Shown here: positions 41,375 to 54,689 of the stretch, one piece after another
Position numbering within the stretch: the first letter of the stretch is position 1
Layout of the letters: each line of letters starts with the position of its first letter
From: Lama guanicoe
Taxonomy: Eukaryota
Direction: 5' to 3'
NCBI GenBank assembly: GCA_013239625.1
Contig: MU056000.1
Location: forward strand, 14,285,787-14,349,786
DNA length: 64,000 nucleotides
Made by a program: the position numbers and the translations under genes
The notes under the pieces: generated by a model
Seen by the model: only the letters and a program-made list of their open reading frames with translations
Database searches by the model: none
What the model was told of the DNA's origin: nothing

Positions 41375-41739
41375 ATATATAAATCTAACCTCTATCTCAG
41401 AATGGGATGTTATTTGGAAATAGGGTTTTTATAAGAGTGGTAATTAAGTCAAAATAGTTTCAATATGACTAGTGTCCTAATGAAAAATGGAAAACTTGGA
41501 CACAAAGATGCAGAGGAAAGACTAAGTGAAGATACAGGAAGAACAATAACTATAAGCTAAGACGCTACCAGAAGCTAGAAGAAAATTAAGGAACAGATTC
41601 ATCCTCACAACCCTCAGAAAGCACCAACCCTAACAGAATTGATTTCAGACTTTCAGTCTTCAGAAACGTAAGACTATACATCTATGTTTTACCACCTAAT
41701 ATTTGGTATTTTATGACAGCAGTTCTAGGGAACAGATAC
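41375..41739 (+). mobile_element. MaLR LTR (MLT1B/C-like)
   Basis: 'ttatttggaaatagggt...ctaccagaagctagaag...gaacagattc...ttggtattttatgacagcag...gataca'. Confidence 0.85.
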
Positions 41740-42369
41740 ACCCCCTTTCTCAGGATTTGGTAAACAGTTTGAATAGCTTTGTCAAAACACATCATACATT
41801 TCCAACAAGTAGATTACAATTATAACACAACTGATGTACAAAGAAAAGGCCATGGCACACTTTATTCAAGCAAGGATTTAAAATTGGTGCTAAGTGGGCA
41901 CTGGGAGATAGAATTAGAACCTGTTGCTGTTTTGAGTTGAGATTTAAAGCAAAGAACAGATTTGCTGAGGAGGAACAGAACAGCAATAACGGTTGTGACG
42001 GTCAGTTAAGCTGAAGCTGGAAAGCAAAGCCCTTAAAGGTCTTGAATATCTTAGAATGAAGAAGAGACTCCTCTAACTGGGATGGTGGTCCTTTCACCAA
42101 AATTCATCAAGTCAAGGTGTCCTAAACATAATCACAAGGAAGGAGAAATATAATTATATGAACTGGCACAATAGCTTAGTGAACCCTGCATTTGGCAACA
42201 TTACAGATATCACAACTAGATTATTCTGCCACATGGGCAAGGAAATAATATTAGTAAAGAGACTAGAAGGTTCACAATCAACAACCCAAAGATTCAGTGG
42301 AAAATATAGTTCAAGGAATACGGAATAGACACTGCCACCATTAGTATTCCCATTGCTGGCAAAATTCCA

Positions 42370-43070
42370 ATGTACTGGAGCTCTTATTTCGTTGCAAGTA
42401 CTCTACGTGATAATTTACAAATGCTATTTCACTTCAAATAATTCTGATTATATAACCACACACAATATTTGACTCCCTAACATCTGTTTGGAACTGACAA
42501 AGAGGTAGGCATGATTGATGTGCTGATATTCTGTTCCCTCCTAGTAACTATTTCTAGACTGGGCATTTGACCCAATTTTAGTCAATAACACCCAAGGACA
42601 ATTTTGCTAGAGATTTCTCAGAAAATACTTTCTCAATCTTAAAGAGAAAATCCACAGGAATACAGGTCACTTCTACCCTGCTGGATGCGAATAAGAAAGC
42701 TTTTGGTCTTGGAGGTTTCTGGCAGGTAACCTCCATCCATGGGGGAAGCCAGTCTGCATGGACATAGCCAGCACATGGTATAACAGGCAGGAAGGACTGT
42801 AAGAGCAACATGGGGCAAGAACACAGACTGGTTCAGGCCAGGTACCTGCAGCATCCCTGAACTCTCTCTTTTGTGAGTAAATAAAGTTCCTTGGTAAAGT
42901 CTTTTTCAGTTGGCGTTTCTAAAACTTGTAGTCCAAAGCGTGCTAACAAATAGAATTATTCCAATTTTACACATGAACAAAGCAAATTCAGATGGTAAGT
43001 TAAATTGCCCATAATCACAAGGCTAGAAGCAAATCCACTGTCCTTAATCCCAGTCTTGCATAATTTACTA
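42370..43070 (-). mobile_element. MIR split by a MaLR LTR (halves about 42370-42450 and 42953-43070)
   Basis: Left 'gagctcttat...caagtactctac...tttacaaatgctatttcact'; right 'attattccaattttacacatgaacaaa...taaattgcccataatcaca'. Confidence 0.55.
42451..42953 (+). mobile_element. Old MaLR LTR (MLT1K/L-like)
   Basis: 'gggcatttgacccaattttagtcaat...ttgtgagtaaataaagttcc...acttgtagtccaaagcgtgctaacaaataga'. Confidence 0.65.
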
Positions 43071-43121
43071 TTTACTCTTCATTCCTTTCTCAAAAATATC
43101 TAAAAGGAGTTTTGAATCCAA

Positions 43122-43163
43122 CACTGAGAAGTTTAGATTACCACTGAGAAGTTCAGATTACCA
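43122..43163. repeat. 20 bp tandem duplication CACTGAGAAGTT(T/C)AGATTAC
   Basis: Read directly; one mismatch. Confidence 0.9.
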
Positions 43164-45762
43164 TTCAATGCCTCTCCTGGCTTTTGAATAAAAATGCTTG
43201 ACAAAAACTCAGCTTTTATTGCTGTTTTTTGGTAGACTTGTAAGATAAGGAGAGAATACAGGAGAGAGAAAGATTACTACACGTTTCTAAACAGTATAAA
43301 GATGTTTTGGGGAAAAAAAAGTTCCTCATCTATCATGCTTATCTTTCAAAAAAAAACTTTAAATACTGTACCAATGATTTAATGAAGAATAAAATTGAAT
43401 AATTATTTAATTCTGAATATGTCAGGTAAAACGAACCCAATAGTTGTTTTTTTTCAATTCTAGTGTAAGATACAATATGGTACCATCATAAAATAGAACA
43501 TTCAAATTGTTTTTGTAGACTTTCCTGACTCTTTTTATCTTTTTTTAAAAACTATACGTTGATCACATAGTCAAATGGCAAACGGCAAAATTCTTTAGTG
43601 AAATTATAATAGGAAATCTTGGAAAATTGTCTCACACATTTTTCCTCCCAGTTTTGTTCTTATGCTAGTAATTGAAAAGTACCTATATAAACATTTCTTC
43701 TAGTGTTCTGCAACATCAATAAATCAAATGCCCCTGGATAAATACCCTTAATTTGCAGTTGTTGCATTTTGAACATTTCATACTAAAATTTGGAATGACA
43801 GCTATTTACATTAAAAAATGTTAAAAATGGAAACTCAGAGTTTCTCATTTTAATCTGGTTCTTATCTTTAAAGTTGTCAAGATTTTGGCACAAGCTACCC
43901 AAAGAAGTATTGCTTTGCCTGGCGTGTTATGACAATTTTATTATTACTATAAAACCTCCCTAGAGCAGAGCAGTGGTCAAATATCCTTAGTTGGATCCTA
44001 AGAATTTGGGCTAATAAAACTTTTCTGCCTGTGAAATACTTTGTTATTTTATTTATTAAAAAAAATAGTTTACTTTTGGCCATATTACTTGTTACTAGCT
44101 TCATCATGACACTGGAGTAGTTAGCAGATGAGCATTAAGAGATATCATTTTGTCCCATGTTCCTATTGTTATTTCCAGAAAGTGTACTTGATAGCATCAA
44201 AGCTCTTCCACCTGGTGATTAATAATGCTCTGAAAAATATGAAAGTACTTAGCTTGTCAATAGATTAATTATAGTCCTTAGGTAATTTAGAGTGTGACAA
44301 TTTGAAAAGGTCTATAAATGAAAACAGGAGGTAATAAAAGATTATCAATAAAAGGGCCATGATAAGAAGACACAAGAATGTAGGCTTAATTTAGACCTCT
44401 GGAAAAAAACTATATTTATTAAATGGTTTATCTTTGGATAACTGTTACAAAGAACCTTAAATGAATTACTGAAAATAGTGTTACATCATGAGAAAATGTT
44501 AGTGCACTGACATATGTGCATCTGAGATTGTTTAAGGGAAGCAATTCCAAAATGATGGATGTAGATAAGAAAATGTGTGAGCTTCTTTTTCAGACTCATG
44601 AATCTGTGCCATGGAGTCAATTCTAAAACAATAAACTGAAAGGTGTTCATGATCTTCAACAATTCAGAAATCACACTGCAAGCTGAATTTTTAAAACTTA
44701 AACTGCAATACGTAAAAACCACTTGAAGTAAAAATGTAAATTCAACTGTTTAAAATTATTACAACTAAAATAATCTATTTGAGTTCTCTCTTAATTCTGG
44801 ATCTCCTTGTTTACTTTATAACTGCTAATTCAATTGAACTATCAGAGTATCGATGACTTCTTTATTCATTTGTTGCAATCACTAGTTCTGTTTGTTAGAT
44901 TCATCCTATAAAGATAATTTCATAAATCAATAATGACCCTTTTTTTGTATTTTTGTAAGACTTGAATACTGGTTTTGCTCAAAATGAAGAGAAGGTGATA
45001 CTTTAAATTTAAAGAAATAACATGCAAATATCATAGGACCTTGGTGACATGAAGCAAAGGAACCCTGGTTATGTATAGCCAAAGATGAGGTTACAATGAT
45101 TAGGGGAAAAGATAAAGTCAAATCAAGAGGCTTTGTTTTGCTGCCTCACCATGTAACCTTGGAACTTTAAGTTAAGGAGGATATTGATTTTTTCTACTAA
45201 TCTATTTGATCGAAATATGGTCAGGGGATTTAATTGTTAAGATGACTGCATTTTTCTTCCAGTGCAAGGTTCTGCATCAGTGTAAAGTATCACAGAATGA
45301 CTTCAACAGGGTGCACAACAAAATATCTGGCAATATTCAGGTACATTAAAAGCATATGGCCTACCTGCCCTGGACATGACCCCTGTTGATGCAAAGCGTC
45401 ATAGTGGAAAAGATAATGCTCCCCTTAAAACCGACATAAAACACCGTTTCCCATGTTGTTTTACAGACTTTGAAATTTGTATTTTGCTGAACCAAGGAAA
45501 ACAGACCAGAAGGCATTATCTTCAAAGAATAAATGGAGAAGGAAGTCTTATGACACTTTAATTGAAACTGTGAAATGAAAAAAATAAAATGTTCTGAATT
45601 TTGACATGGTCTGCTATTAATATGTCTAAATATGTTTTAACTTAATAAAATGATTAATATATTTTAGTACCATTATTGGAGTTAAACTGTTCTCTCTGAC
45701 GATTGGTATTGTCAATTTGAATTATCACAGAAATATTGATGTATAGTTTCCAAGGTCTGTCT

Positions 45763-46367
45763 TGAGACAGGAGGGAAGGGGGCAGGCATAACCATTAAAA
45801 GCATGACACAGCAGATAGCACCAAGATGGCGGGAGATTCAGTTCTCAGTAGACCTTGAGCTTCATTATTTGCTCACTGTAATATATTAGCATGGTAAATA
45901 ACACACCTACAGGAGCCATGACAGTTCCGAAGAGAACCATACAAAGGTCAAAATGTGGGTGGTGGTAAATTCCTGGGAATCCCCGCCCCTTCCCGAAAAA
46001 TATTTGGAATAATCATCCCACTTGTCAGCATATGGAGTCATGAAGCCCATAAAAGCTAGCAACTCCCAAGGTGTTTGCTCTCTCTTGCCTTCTGAAACAG
46101 CCTGCACTCTGTCTATGGAGTGTGCATCTGCTTTTACTTTACGCACTCACCCCCATGCCTTGTGACCACCCTGGCCCTCTGAGATGGCCTGCACTCTGTC
46201 TAAGGAGTGTCTATCTTTCTGAAGAAATCTACCTTCACTCCACTATGGCTCAATCTTGAATTATGTCCTTGGTGAAGCCAAGGAACCTCACTTGATGGGA
46301 TGCAACTGAGGGACTCAACAGAGACCTGGGATATAACCATCCTTTCGTGCACCATTTTCCTGTGTCA
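45763..46367 (+). mobile_element. ERV1 solo LTR, MER41-like
   Basis: TG...CA ends; 4 bp TSD GTCT (45759-62, 46368-71); MER41-type core 'ttcctgggaatccccgccccttcccgaaaa...gaataatc...agcatat...ccataaaa...ctctgtctatggagt'. Confidence 0.85.
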
Positions 46368-46779
46368 GTCTCACCTAAGACCTCCTCCTTTCTGTCGGTC
46401 ATTTATAGTAACTTATTTTTTAATCTTTATTTTGCTTACCATATTTTGGCAAGTAAAGTATAATTTAATTTTAAGGACTTCCTCAATGCATAGTAGTAGC
46501 ACTCTTAAAATAAATATCTAAGAGTCTAAATATTATGTAAAGAAAGTAGATGAATGTTTTTGTCACTGAATGAAAAGAATGACTAATGTAGTATGTTCAC
46601 AGAGGTTAAAGTATAAAATAAACCTGGTTGAAATATTATTCACTGTAGGAGAATCCTTAAGTAAAATACACTAAAATCCACTAATTTATGTAAAATTAAT
46701 ATGCAAAAAACCCCAAATAACACTAGTGCATAAAAATCATGCTAAATTTAATTTCTTGACTACTGATATAATTTTGTAC

Positions 46780-46985
46780 TTTTTATTGTTGTAAAATATA
46801 TAACATAAAAATGGTTACAATGGTAAATTTTAAGTGTAGAATTCAGTGACATAAAGTACATTGACATGTTGTACAACCATCACCACTATCTGTCTTGAGA
46901 ACTTTGTCTTCCTCTCAAACTAAACTTGGTACTCATTAAACAGTAATTGCACATATACTTTTCTTTATAATCTCTAGTTACTTGA
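46780..46985 (-). mobile_element. L1MB-like 3' end
   Basis: 'tttaagtgtagaattcagtgacataaagtacattgacatgttgtacaaccatcaccactatct'. Confidence 0.8.
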
Positions 46986-47650
46986 ACACACAAAATAATA
47001 CAAGAATATATAGTTATTTGGGATGCATTACATGAAAAATAATGCAACATGGAATTAATTGATGAGTAAGTTACAGTAATATCGGCATTACGTTAAATTA
47101 TGCATGTTGATGATACTGTATCAAACTCAGATTTTCAACACAAAATACTAAGAATTAAACACTGATGTTCAGTTGTTTTGTAACTAATTTTCTTATTCAA
47201 ATTGGAATAGGCAAACAACTCAAAAAAAGAAAAAAAAATCTGATTGAAAGTATCTGAAAGTTGTCTGGCTAATCAAAATCAAGGGACTGACAAGCAAACC
47301 AGTATAGGGCAAGATGCTTTCTTCCTCAGGGCACTTGCCAGTTCTTAGTGTGGATCAGGAGACTAGGAATCCTAGGGTAGGATGGAGCTAAGAGAAGCCA
47401 GTGAAGTTCTGAAAAGTTTACAGGGCAGGAAGATTCAAAAAACAAACAAATCAAAACAAAATCCCCAAAACCAAAATGCAAACAGACGACAAAAAAACTT
47501 TGTAGGGCTGAGAGTTCATGCAGAGCTGCAGAATTTCTAGGATTAAATAGGCCAATGTTTTGAAGAGGAAGGAGACTAATCCTCTAGAGGCGTTTACCAA
47601 TGTCATCAGCTGTGCCGGTAGAGAACCTAGGAAATTATGAAACCACTGGG

Positions 47651-48213
47651 GGTGGAGGGTTGGAAGGGATAGACAGGATTTTAAAATTGTAGAATAGATA
47701 AACAAGATTATACTGTAAAGCACAGAGAAATATACACAAGATCCTATGGTAGCTCACAGAGAAAAATATGTGACAATGAATATATATATGTTCATGTATA
47801 ACTGAAGGATTGTGCTGTACACTGGAATTTGACACAACATTGTAAAATGATTATAAATCAATAAAAATGGTGAAAAAAAAAAAAAANNNNNNNNNNNNNN
47901 NNNNNNNNNNNNNNNNNNNNNNNNNNNNNNNNNNNNNNNNNNNNNNNNNNNNNNNNNNNNNNNNNNNNNNNNNNNNNNNNNNNNNNNNNNNNNNNNNNNN
48001 NNNNNNNNNNNNNNNNNNNNNNNNNNNNNNNNNNNNNNNNNNNNNNNNNNNNNNNNNNNNNNNNNNNNNNNNNNNNNNNNNNNNNNNNNNNNNNNNNNNN
48101 NNNNNNNNNNNNNNNNNNNNNNNNNNNNNNNNNNNNNNNNNNNNNNNNNNNNNNNNNNNNNNNNNNNNNNNNNNNNAAAAATGGTGAAAAAAAAAAAAAA
48201 GGAAAGAAAGAAA
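47651..48213 (+). mobile_element. Young 5'-truncated L1 3' end (camelid-type) with poly(A), spanning the N gap
   Basis: L1 3'UTR, AATAAA and A-tail; perfect 12 bp TSD GAAACCACTGGG at 47639-47650 and 48214-48225. Confidence 0.88.
47887..48176. other. Assembly gap, 290 N
   Basis: Run of N. Confidence 1.
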
Positions 48214-48225
48214 GAAACCACTGGG

Positions 48226-49680
48226 AGCAGTGTGTTCTTACCAGCAGACTCCCAGGGCCAACAAGACAAAAAAGTCAGGACTTTCTGAGTAGAAATAGAT
48301 CTGGTAAATATTTCATGCTCTTGGTCGAGACTCAGGTCTACAGCCCAGAAAAAAGCACACCAAGATGTAATTTGAGTGTTATAAAATTTCAGCCTGGAAT
48401 CAGCTCAGTACCTGATTGGATTAAAATGGGGTGTCTCCAGTCTAGCTGTCCATTAGACATGAGGGCAGTGAGTCTCCAGTAGAAAAAAGTAGTAGTACTC
48501 ATGACCTCTATAATTTTTCAAAATTGCCAGGACTAAGAGAATAACGAGGCAGTAGGAACAGACCCACGTATAAATCTGGTACTGAAGTTATAAGTAATAG
48601 ATTTTAATCGCTTGTGAATAATATGTTCAAAATTTTTGAAAGGGTATATTTGACAAGATAATTATAATCTATATAACTATATGGGAATTCTAGAACTAAA
48701 AAAAGAAATGACATAAATTAACTTAATCAATTATTTAATGGCAGATTGGAAATGACAAGAGAGGACTAATAAACTGGAAATCAGATCAACCGAAAATGTA
48801 CAGCTTAAAAAACAAAAGCCAAAAGGCTCAAAGTTCCCCAAACTGTTAAAAGACATCAAGCCCTTGCTATATAGTTGAAATCCTAAGCAACATGTAAGTA
48901 CTCAGAAAACCACATCTAGGCCCATTTTATATTTTATATATATATATAACATTCATAAAATATATATAATATACATATATTTCTTTCAGGGAACAATAGA
49001 CTATTTAAAAAAACTGAAATGACAGACTAAAAGCATCTTTAGTTGAAAGAAATTAACTGTCAAACTATGCTTTTACCCTCAGCACAAATATTTTTAATTG
49101 TGAAATAAAATACAGAAGTGTTTTCAGAACAGCAGCATTGAATAAACTATAAGGGGATGTCTTTGGCCCAAGAAAAAAAGTATATCAGAAGTAAATAGAG
49201 GTATATAGACATAAATTGAGAGGGAAAAAAGCATAAATATATGTGAAAATACAGATGCATTTTAATTGTATAAAACTATTATAACAATGTATGAGTTTAA
49301 AATAGAGAATTAAAAGGCATGTGCATATTAAGTAGAAATAAATTGTTTTAAGATATCAGCATTTTCTTGAAAATGGCTTTCACATTAAAACAAAGAAGTC
49401 AGTTATGCATTTTGGTATTTTTAGTTTAAATACTAGAAAAAAATAGCTAAAATACTCAAAAAAGGGGGGGATGTATTGCAAAAAAGGCAAAACTGAATGT
49501 TACATAAAACTATAAAACAAATGGGGAAAATAGTATTTAAAAAACACATAAAACCAAATAGCAGTGATCTACCTTACAGGTAAATGGCACATAGCTTTTA
49601 AAAACAAAATTTATCAGAATAGATAAAAATTAAAATTAACTATGTCCTGTTTACAAAATTTACTTTAAATGTAAAATTAT
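48226..49680 (+). mobile_element. Ancient L1 5'/ORF1 remnant (probably continues left of the young L1 to about 47260)
   Basis: ORF1-type motifs 'gggaattctagaactaaaaaa', 'aaccacatctaggcccat', 'gttgaaagaaattaactgtcaaacta'. Confidence 0.6.
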
Positions 49681-51490
49681 AAAAACTCCTGTGTAGTATA
49701 AAAGATAATGCTTTATCATTCTGGTGTATGACACACATATCCCAACTCAGTTATATTTCAATAAATAATTTGGTCTTACAAACATTTTAAAAATTTATAT
49801 ACACATCTACATCTTACTGAGTGATCCTGTTTCCTCAGCCTTACTTTTTCTAGGTTTATCTACCCCTTTATTGCACATAAACTGTTTCTCCTACATTTTC
49901 TTGCAACACTTGTGTTTTAAACATAAGTCTTTAAACCTCTTGTAGGTCAAAAATCCGTTTCCCTGTTCCATTGCACAGTATATTCTTTTTTCACTTAATC
50001 AGAAAATGGCTTTTAACTTCTAGACAATTGTGTTATCCACTTTTGGATGTTCTATTTTGTTTCACTGCTTTCCTTGTGTGTTTTTTGTCAATATAGTACT
50101 GATTAAGTTGGATTTGTAGTATGTTCCAATGACTAATAATATACTCCTGAGAGTTACTACCCAAGTTTTTGTGGTCTTTAAAATTAAACATTAGTTCTTC
50201 AACATATATTTAAGATTATTTTACTTTTATCTAAAGACAAAAAGTACTGCTGTAATTTTACTAAGAATGTATTTAGTTACAAATTAATTTTAAGGACTTC
50301 TATGATAGTAAGCTTTATATTTCCTGATATTGCACAATAACTTTTTACTTATTCTGACCTAGTTTTATATCTTCCCATTACAACATACAATTTCTTTATG
50401 TAGGTTCTCTGCCAACTTGTTAACTATAATTCTATTTCATTTTATTCTGCATTAAACAGAATGAAATATATTACCTATCTATCTCTAAATAAAGTGAGAA
50501 GAGAGAAAATTTTATTTTTAGTAAAGTTTACTCATTAAATATTTCTGTATTTCCAAGAAGTGTTTTATTGGATACACATGAGAAATCCACAAAAATAAAT
50601 CCTTTTATCTCTTATTTTCAAATTTTTATCTTATTTTATTTTATTTATTCCAATAAGTAGAACTTCAAAGAATGTGCTACACAGTAATGACAATTACAGG
50701 TAGCCACTTGTATAGTTTCTTATTTTAATTTTAATGATTTTAATGCCTAGGGCTGTTTTATTGAGACAAAAATAAAGGGCATTTGTTGAATAAGACAGAG
50801 GTTCTTATTATAGTTGGCCACAAGTATCACATATGATTTTACAAAATGATCTTTTTAATTCTTAAAATGATTAGCCACAAATATTAATGTGGACCAATAT
50901 TATTTCAATGTCTTCCAAATCTAAGATTCCATCATACATTCACTCTTTCCAAATCAGACAGTATCTTAACTGTGAAATGCTACAGAAAATAACTTCAAGG
51001 ATAAGGGGACAATTTATATTTTGTAGACAATACTAAGCTTCATCAAATATTTAGAGTGAAACATAAAATGCAATCAACATTTAGACACTTGGAAAGATGT
51101 TAATATTTTGCTAAATCTTTCAGTCTTTATCCAGATGTCTGGCAGCACATAAGGAAAACAAAACACTCTATGAATAAACTTAATCTCAATTACATCCAAA
51201 TGCCATTTTTCCACTGATTTCCAGTTTTCTTTCTAAGAGAGGATATAATCACAGGTTGGGTGATTGTAGAGATTAACAATCCTGGCTTCTAAGAACACAC
51301 CACTCTAGTTCATTCATTAGGAATTTCAATGCCTGTGCCATTTTAACAAAAACAGAATTAGGTGGCAGTGAAAGCTTTACCAGTTTTGTTCCTGTGCCAT
51401 AGTCATTTTGATATATGCCAAAGTAAAGACAGTGGTCCACTAAGGGTTTATTAATTCCTGGTAAAGAAGCATTCTTTTAAAATTATTTTC

Positions 51491-51598
51491 TTTTTTTTTC
51501 ATTATAAGTTATTACAATATATTGTATATAGTTCCCTGTGCTGTACACCAGAAACTAACACAACACTGTAAATCAACTATCCTTCAATTAAAAAAAAA
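51491..51598 (+). mobile_element. Tiny 5'-inverted (twin-primed) L1 3' end
   Basis: Reverse L1 3'UTR piece fused to the forward L1 terminus and A-tail; flanked by TTATTTTC (51483-90, 51601-08). Confidence 0.75.
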
Positions 51599-53226
51599 TG
51601 TTATTTTCAGGAAAAAAATGATCACCTATTTTTATATTTTTTATCCAAGTAAATTTTATACCTATTTACTTGGGGTTACTATTAATTTTGCTTTAACAAT
51701 ATTTTTCTATTACTATGGAGAAATCACTTTGTTATCTATTAGACACAATTTTTCTCAGGTTTCTGACTAATAAATTTTTCCCCTCTAATTTTTGATTATC
51801 ATTTATATTTCTTGAGGAAACACTGAACTCTTTAGGTGTATTTATCAATAAAGACTTTTTCCAATAAAAGAATCTTAACAAATACATACATAATACAAAT
51901 GTGAAGAATGAAAAACACTCCTTGGCTATGCAGTTGGAATATAATTTTGAAACTCTTGTCTGCTCTTGTAACCTTTTGTTTAGTATACTAATTGCTTTCC
52001 CTAGACAGTGCTTCAAAGTTTTTACTGAAAGAGAAACATATATTGAGTTTCAATTACAGTAAATCTCTGAAGCTCTGCCACTAAAACCCTACATTCAATT
52101 AGGACCACCTGGCTATATCTCTATTTTAACTTCCATTACTTACAGCTCTATATCTTAAGCTTAAAAAAAATTTTCCCTGTGAAAGTTTATTCTTTGTTAC
52201 CATTATACATACTAATTTGGGGGGAAAAAACCCACTATTTTCTCACATGTCATGTGACGAATTTCGCTTAGATGTTTATGTCAGAAAATAATTTCATAGC
52301 ACCTAAAATTAGTCCTAATTTCTGTACATTCAGCCTCCATTTTTTAATCCTTTTTCCCCAGTTGCAGTTTACTCTCCAGCTTTCAAAGGTACTTAATATC
52401 CTAAAGTGCTTTATGAACTGCCCCCAAACCATCACTAATATTTGTATTGTGAAAAAAATTGTGTATGTAGATCTGTCATTTACTTGTTAGTATGACTATT
52501 ACATCATACTTTCATACTTTTAGAAATAATTACCTACATAATTATAATTCTAGTTGAGGGGAGTAAATATATGTTATAATCATATGATTATGACTATTTG
52601 TTATAAATCTGAGGATTTTTCTGCCTATTAATATGATGGGTGTCATTAAAGACTAAAATTGCAGGCTGCCACAACCACTAGGAACTGTTGACAGAATGAT
52701 TCAGGAAGGACTCGGACACTCATTTTGTGTGATGTAAAAGATACTCTTCATTTAGTAAACTTTGTAGTAGTTTATAAAGCTTTCAGAGCACCAACCAATT
52801 AAAAATGTTTTAAAAGGAATGAATCTACTGATACATTCGAGCATCTGCCACAGGACAACGAAGAGGACATAAGAGACCCGAGTATTTCCACTCTTCCTGC
52901 TGGCTTTCCACCATTGCTAGGGTCCATAAAGCATCAAACTGGTAGCATCGCTAACTGAAACCATGGAAAGACAGGTGGTAATGACTGTTGTAAGTGTGGA
53001 ATTTTAATCACTGAAAACAAGACTGAGAAGCTTCTGCAGTTTGGCCACTGGTATACAGACTCAGCTGCAGAGCCAGCTCCAGTTTACAACACAAAGGAGG
53101 ATGCGTGGAAGACAGACCACAAGCCAACATGATGGGAAATGAGCTGATTACCAACACAACAGCTGAACCTCTGCTTTGTGTTGCTAAAATTGTACACCAC
53201 TTTCTTAAATGGAAAGAGCTAGAAGT

Positions 53227-53669
53227 TGTTAAAAAAAAAAAACAACAACAGAAAAACCAAATAGAGACAAACCTTAAAATTTCCTTAGGCAGACCAAAAC
53301 CAGCTTCGTCATACAAGCAAAACTTAATGTATTTCACAAGACAAACTTGACCTGGATCATTTCTTATTTACGCTTCTGGAAATTGTAAGTGAAAACTTTT
53401 TGCCAAAACTAATATGAGGCAACCACTAACCAATTCCCTATCATTTAACAAAATATTATCAACAGTCACTGTGAAGAATAAACAGTCAAGACCCTCTCAC
53501 TATGTAAGCTGCTCTTAAACAATGTATCACTGAGCTTTACTCGGTGTGTCAGTTTGAGTACTCCTGGGTTACAAACTGTATTTTTGTCATGTGCACAATA
53601 AACCATTATTAATTACTACTTCAGTGACTCATTGGTTTTGATTCTGTTATTTCGGAACTTTTGAAAACA
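53227..53669 (+). mobile_element. Probable ERV1-class solo LTR
   Basis: TGTTAAAA start, 'accaat', 'tatgtaag', AATAAA near 53597, ends AACA; no clear TSD. Confidence 0.5.
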
Positions 53670-53715
53670 TCAACTTAAAAACTGCTGAAATTGCATTCAG
53701 GTATTAACTGCAGCA

Positions 53716-53738
53716 TGTGTGTGTGTGTGTGTGTGTGT
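53716..53738. repeat. (TG)11 microsatellite
   Basis: Read directly. Confidence 0.9.
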
Positions 53739-54304
53739 AAGGGAGAGTTCATATTTGAGCTAATATAAGAAATGTACTTGTTGCAATAACACAAAATACT
53801 TAATGTGTTATTTCTCCTTAAAGCCTCCTTTTCTGTGATTCCCCCAGCCTTACCTTCTTCCCCAGCTTCTAAGAAGCTTCCCAGCAAGCTGAATGGATGC
53901 CTTCCGCAGAGATTATGGTGTCGTCACCACTGGAGTTAACAAGAGGAAATGCAGTGTCTCCTGTGGATTGAGTGAAGATGTGTTGAGCTGAGGACCTGAG
54001 GACCAGAAGGTCCACAAATTAGAACTTGCCTCAGACTCATGCAAAAGCAGGACTGAGGCTTGGGTCAGAAGCTGGATCCAATGGGAGACTGCCTCTCCCA
54101 TTCCTTTTGATCAATCACTTAATGGCACTCACTTGTGAGTACTATGAATAATGCGTCATGAACGTTGGTATAAAGTATCTGAGGGCAGATTCTTATCAGT
54201 TTGCTGTGTCTGCAGGGCTTTAATACTGTCTGAAAAGCAGTAAATAAGGAGATATATATATAAAATTATATATAATATATGTATGTATGTATTTCTCTTT
54301 CTCT

Positions 54305-54689
54305 ACTATGTTTTATGTCCCAGAAGGCTGACATTGATGGATGTCATAACAAAAATACCACAGACTGGGTGGTTTAAACAACAGAAATGTATTTCCTTAA
54401 TGTTCTGGAGGCTGGAAGTCCAGGATCAAGCTGTTGGCAGGTTTGGCTCCTGCTGAGCCCTCTCTCCTGGACTAGCACGTGACTGACTCCCTCCTGTGTG
54501 TGTGTCTGTGTTCTAATCTCCTCTTCACATTAGGACTCAAGTCATACTGGATTAGGGCCTGCCCAGGTGACCTCATTTTACCTTAATCACCACTTTAAAG
54601 GCCTTGTGTCCAAATACGGACACATTCTGAAGTACTATGGCTTAGGACTTAAACATAGGAATTTTAGGGGGACAATTTAGCCCCAAATA
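54305..54689 (-). mobile_element. MaLR LTR (MLT1A-like)
   Basis: 'ataacaaaaataccacagactgggtggtttaaacaacagaaat...ttctggaggctggaagtcc...ggattagggcc'. Confidence 0.9.

Noticed and set aside
20214..43163. Short direct repeats as a CRISPR-like array
   Set aside because: Isolated two-copy duplications without spacers, in eukaryotic DNA.
47754..48269. 171 aa and 106 aa ORFs
   Set aside because: Artefacts of translating through the N gap.
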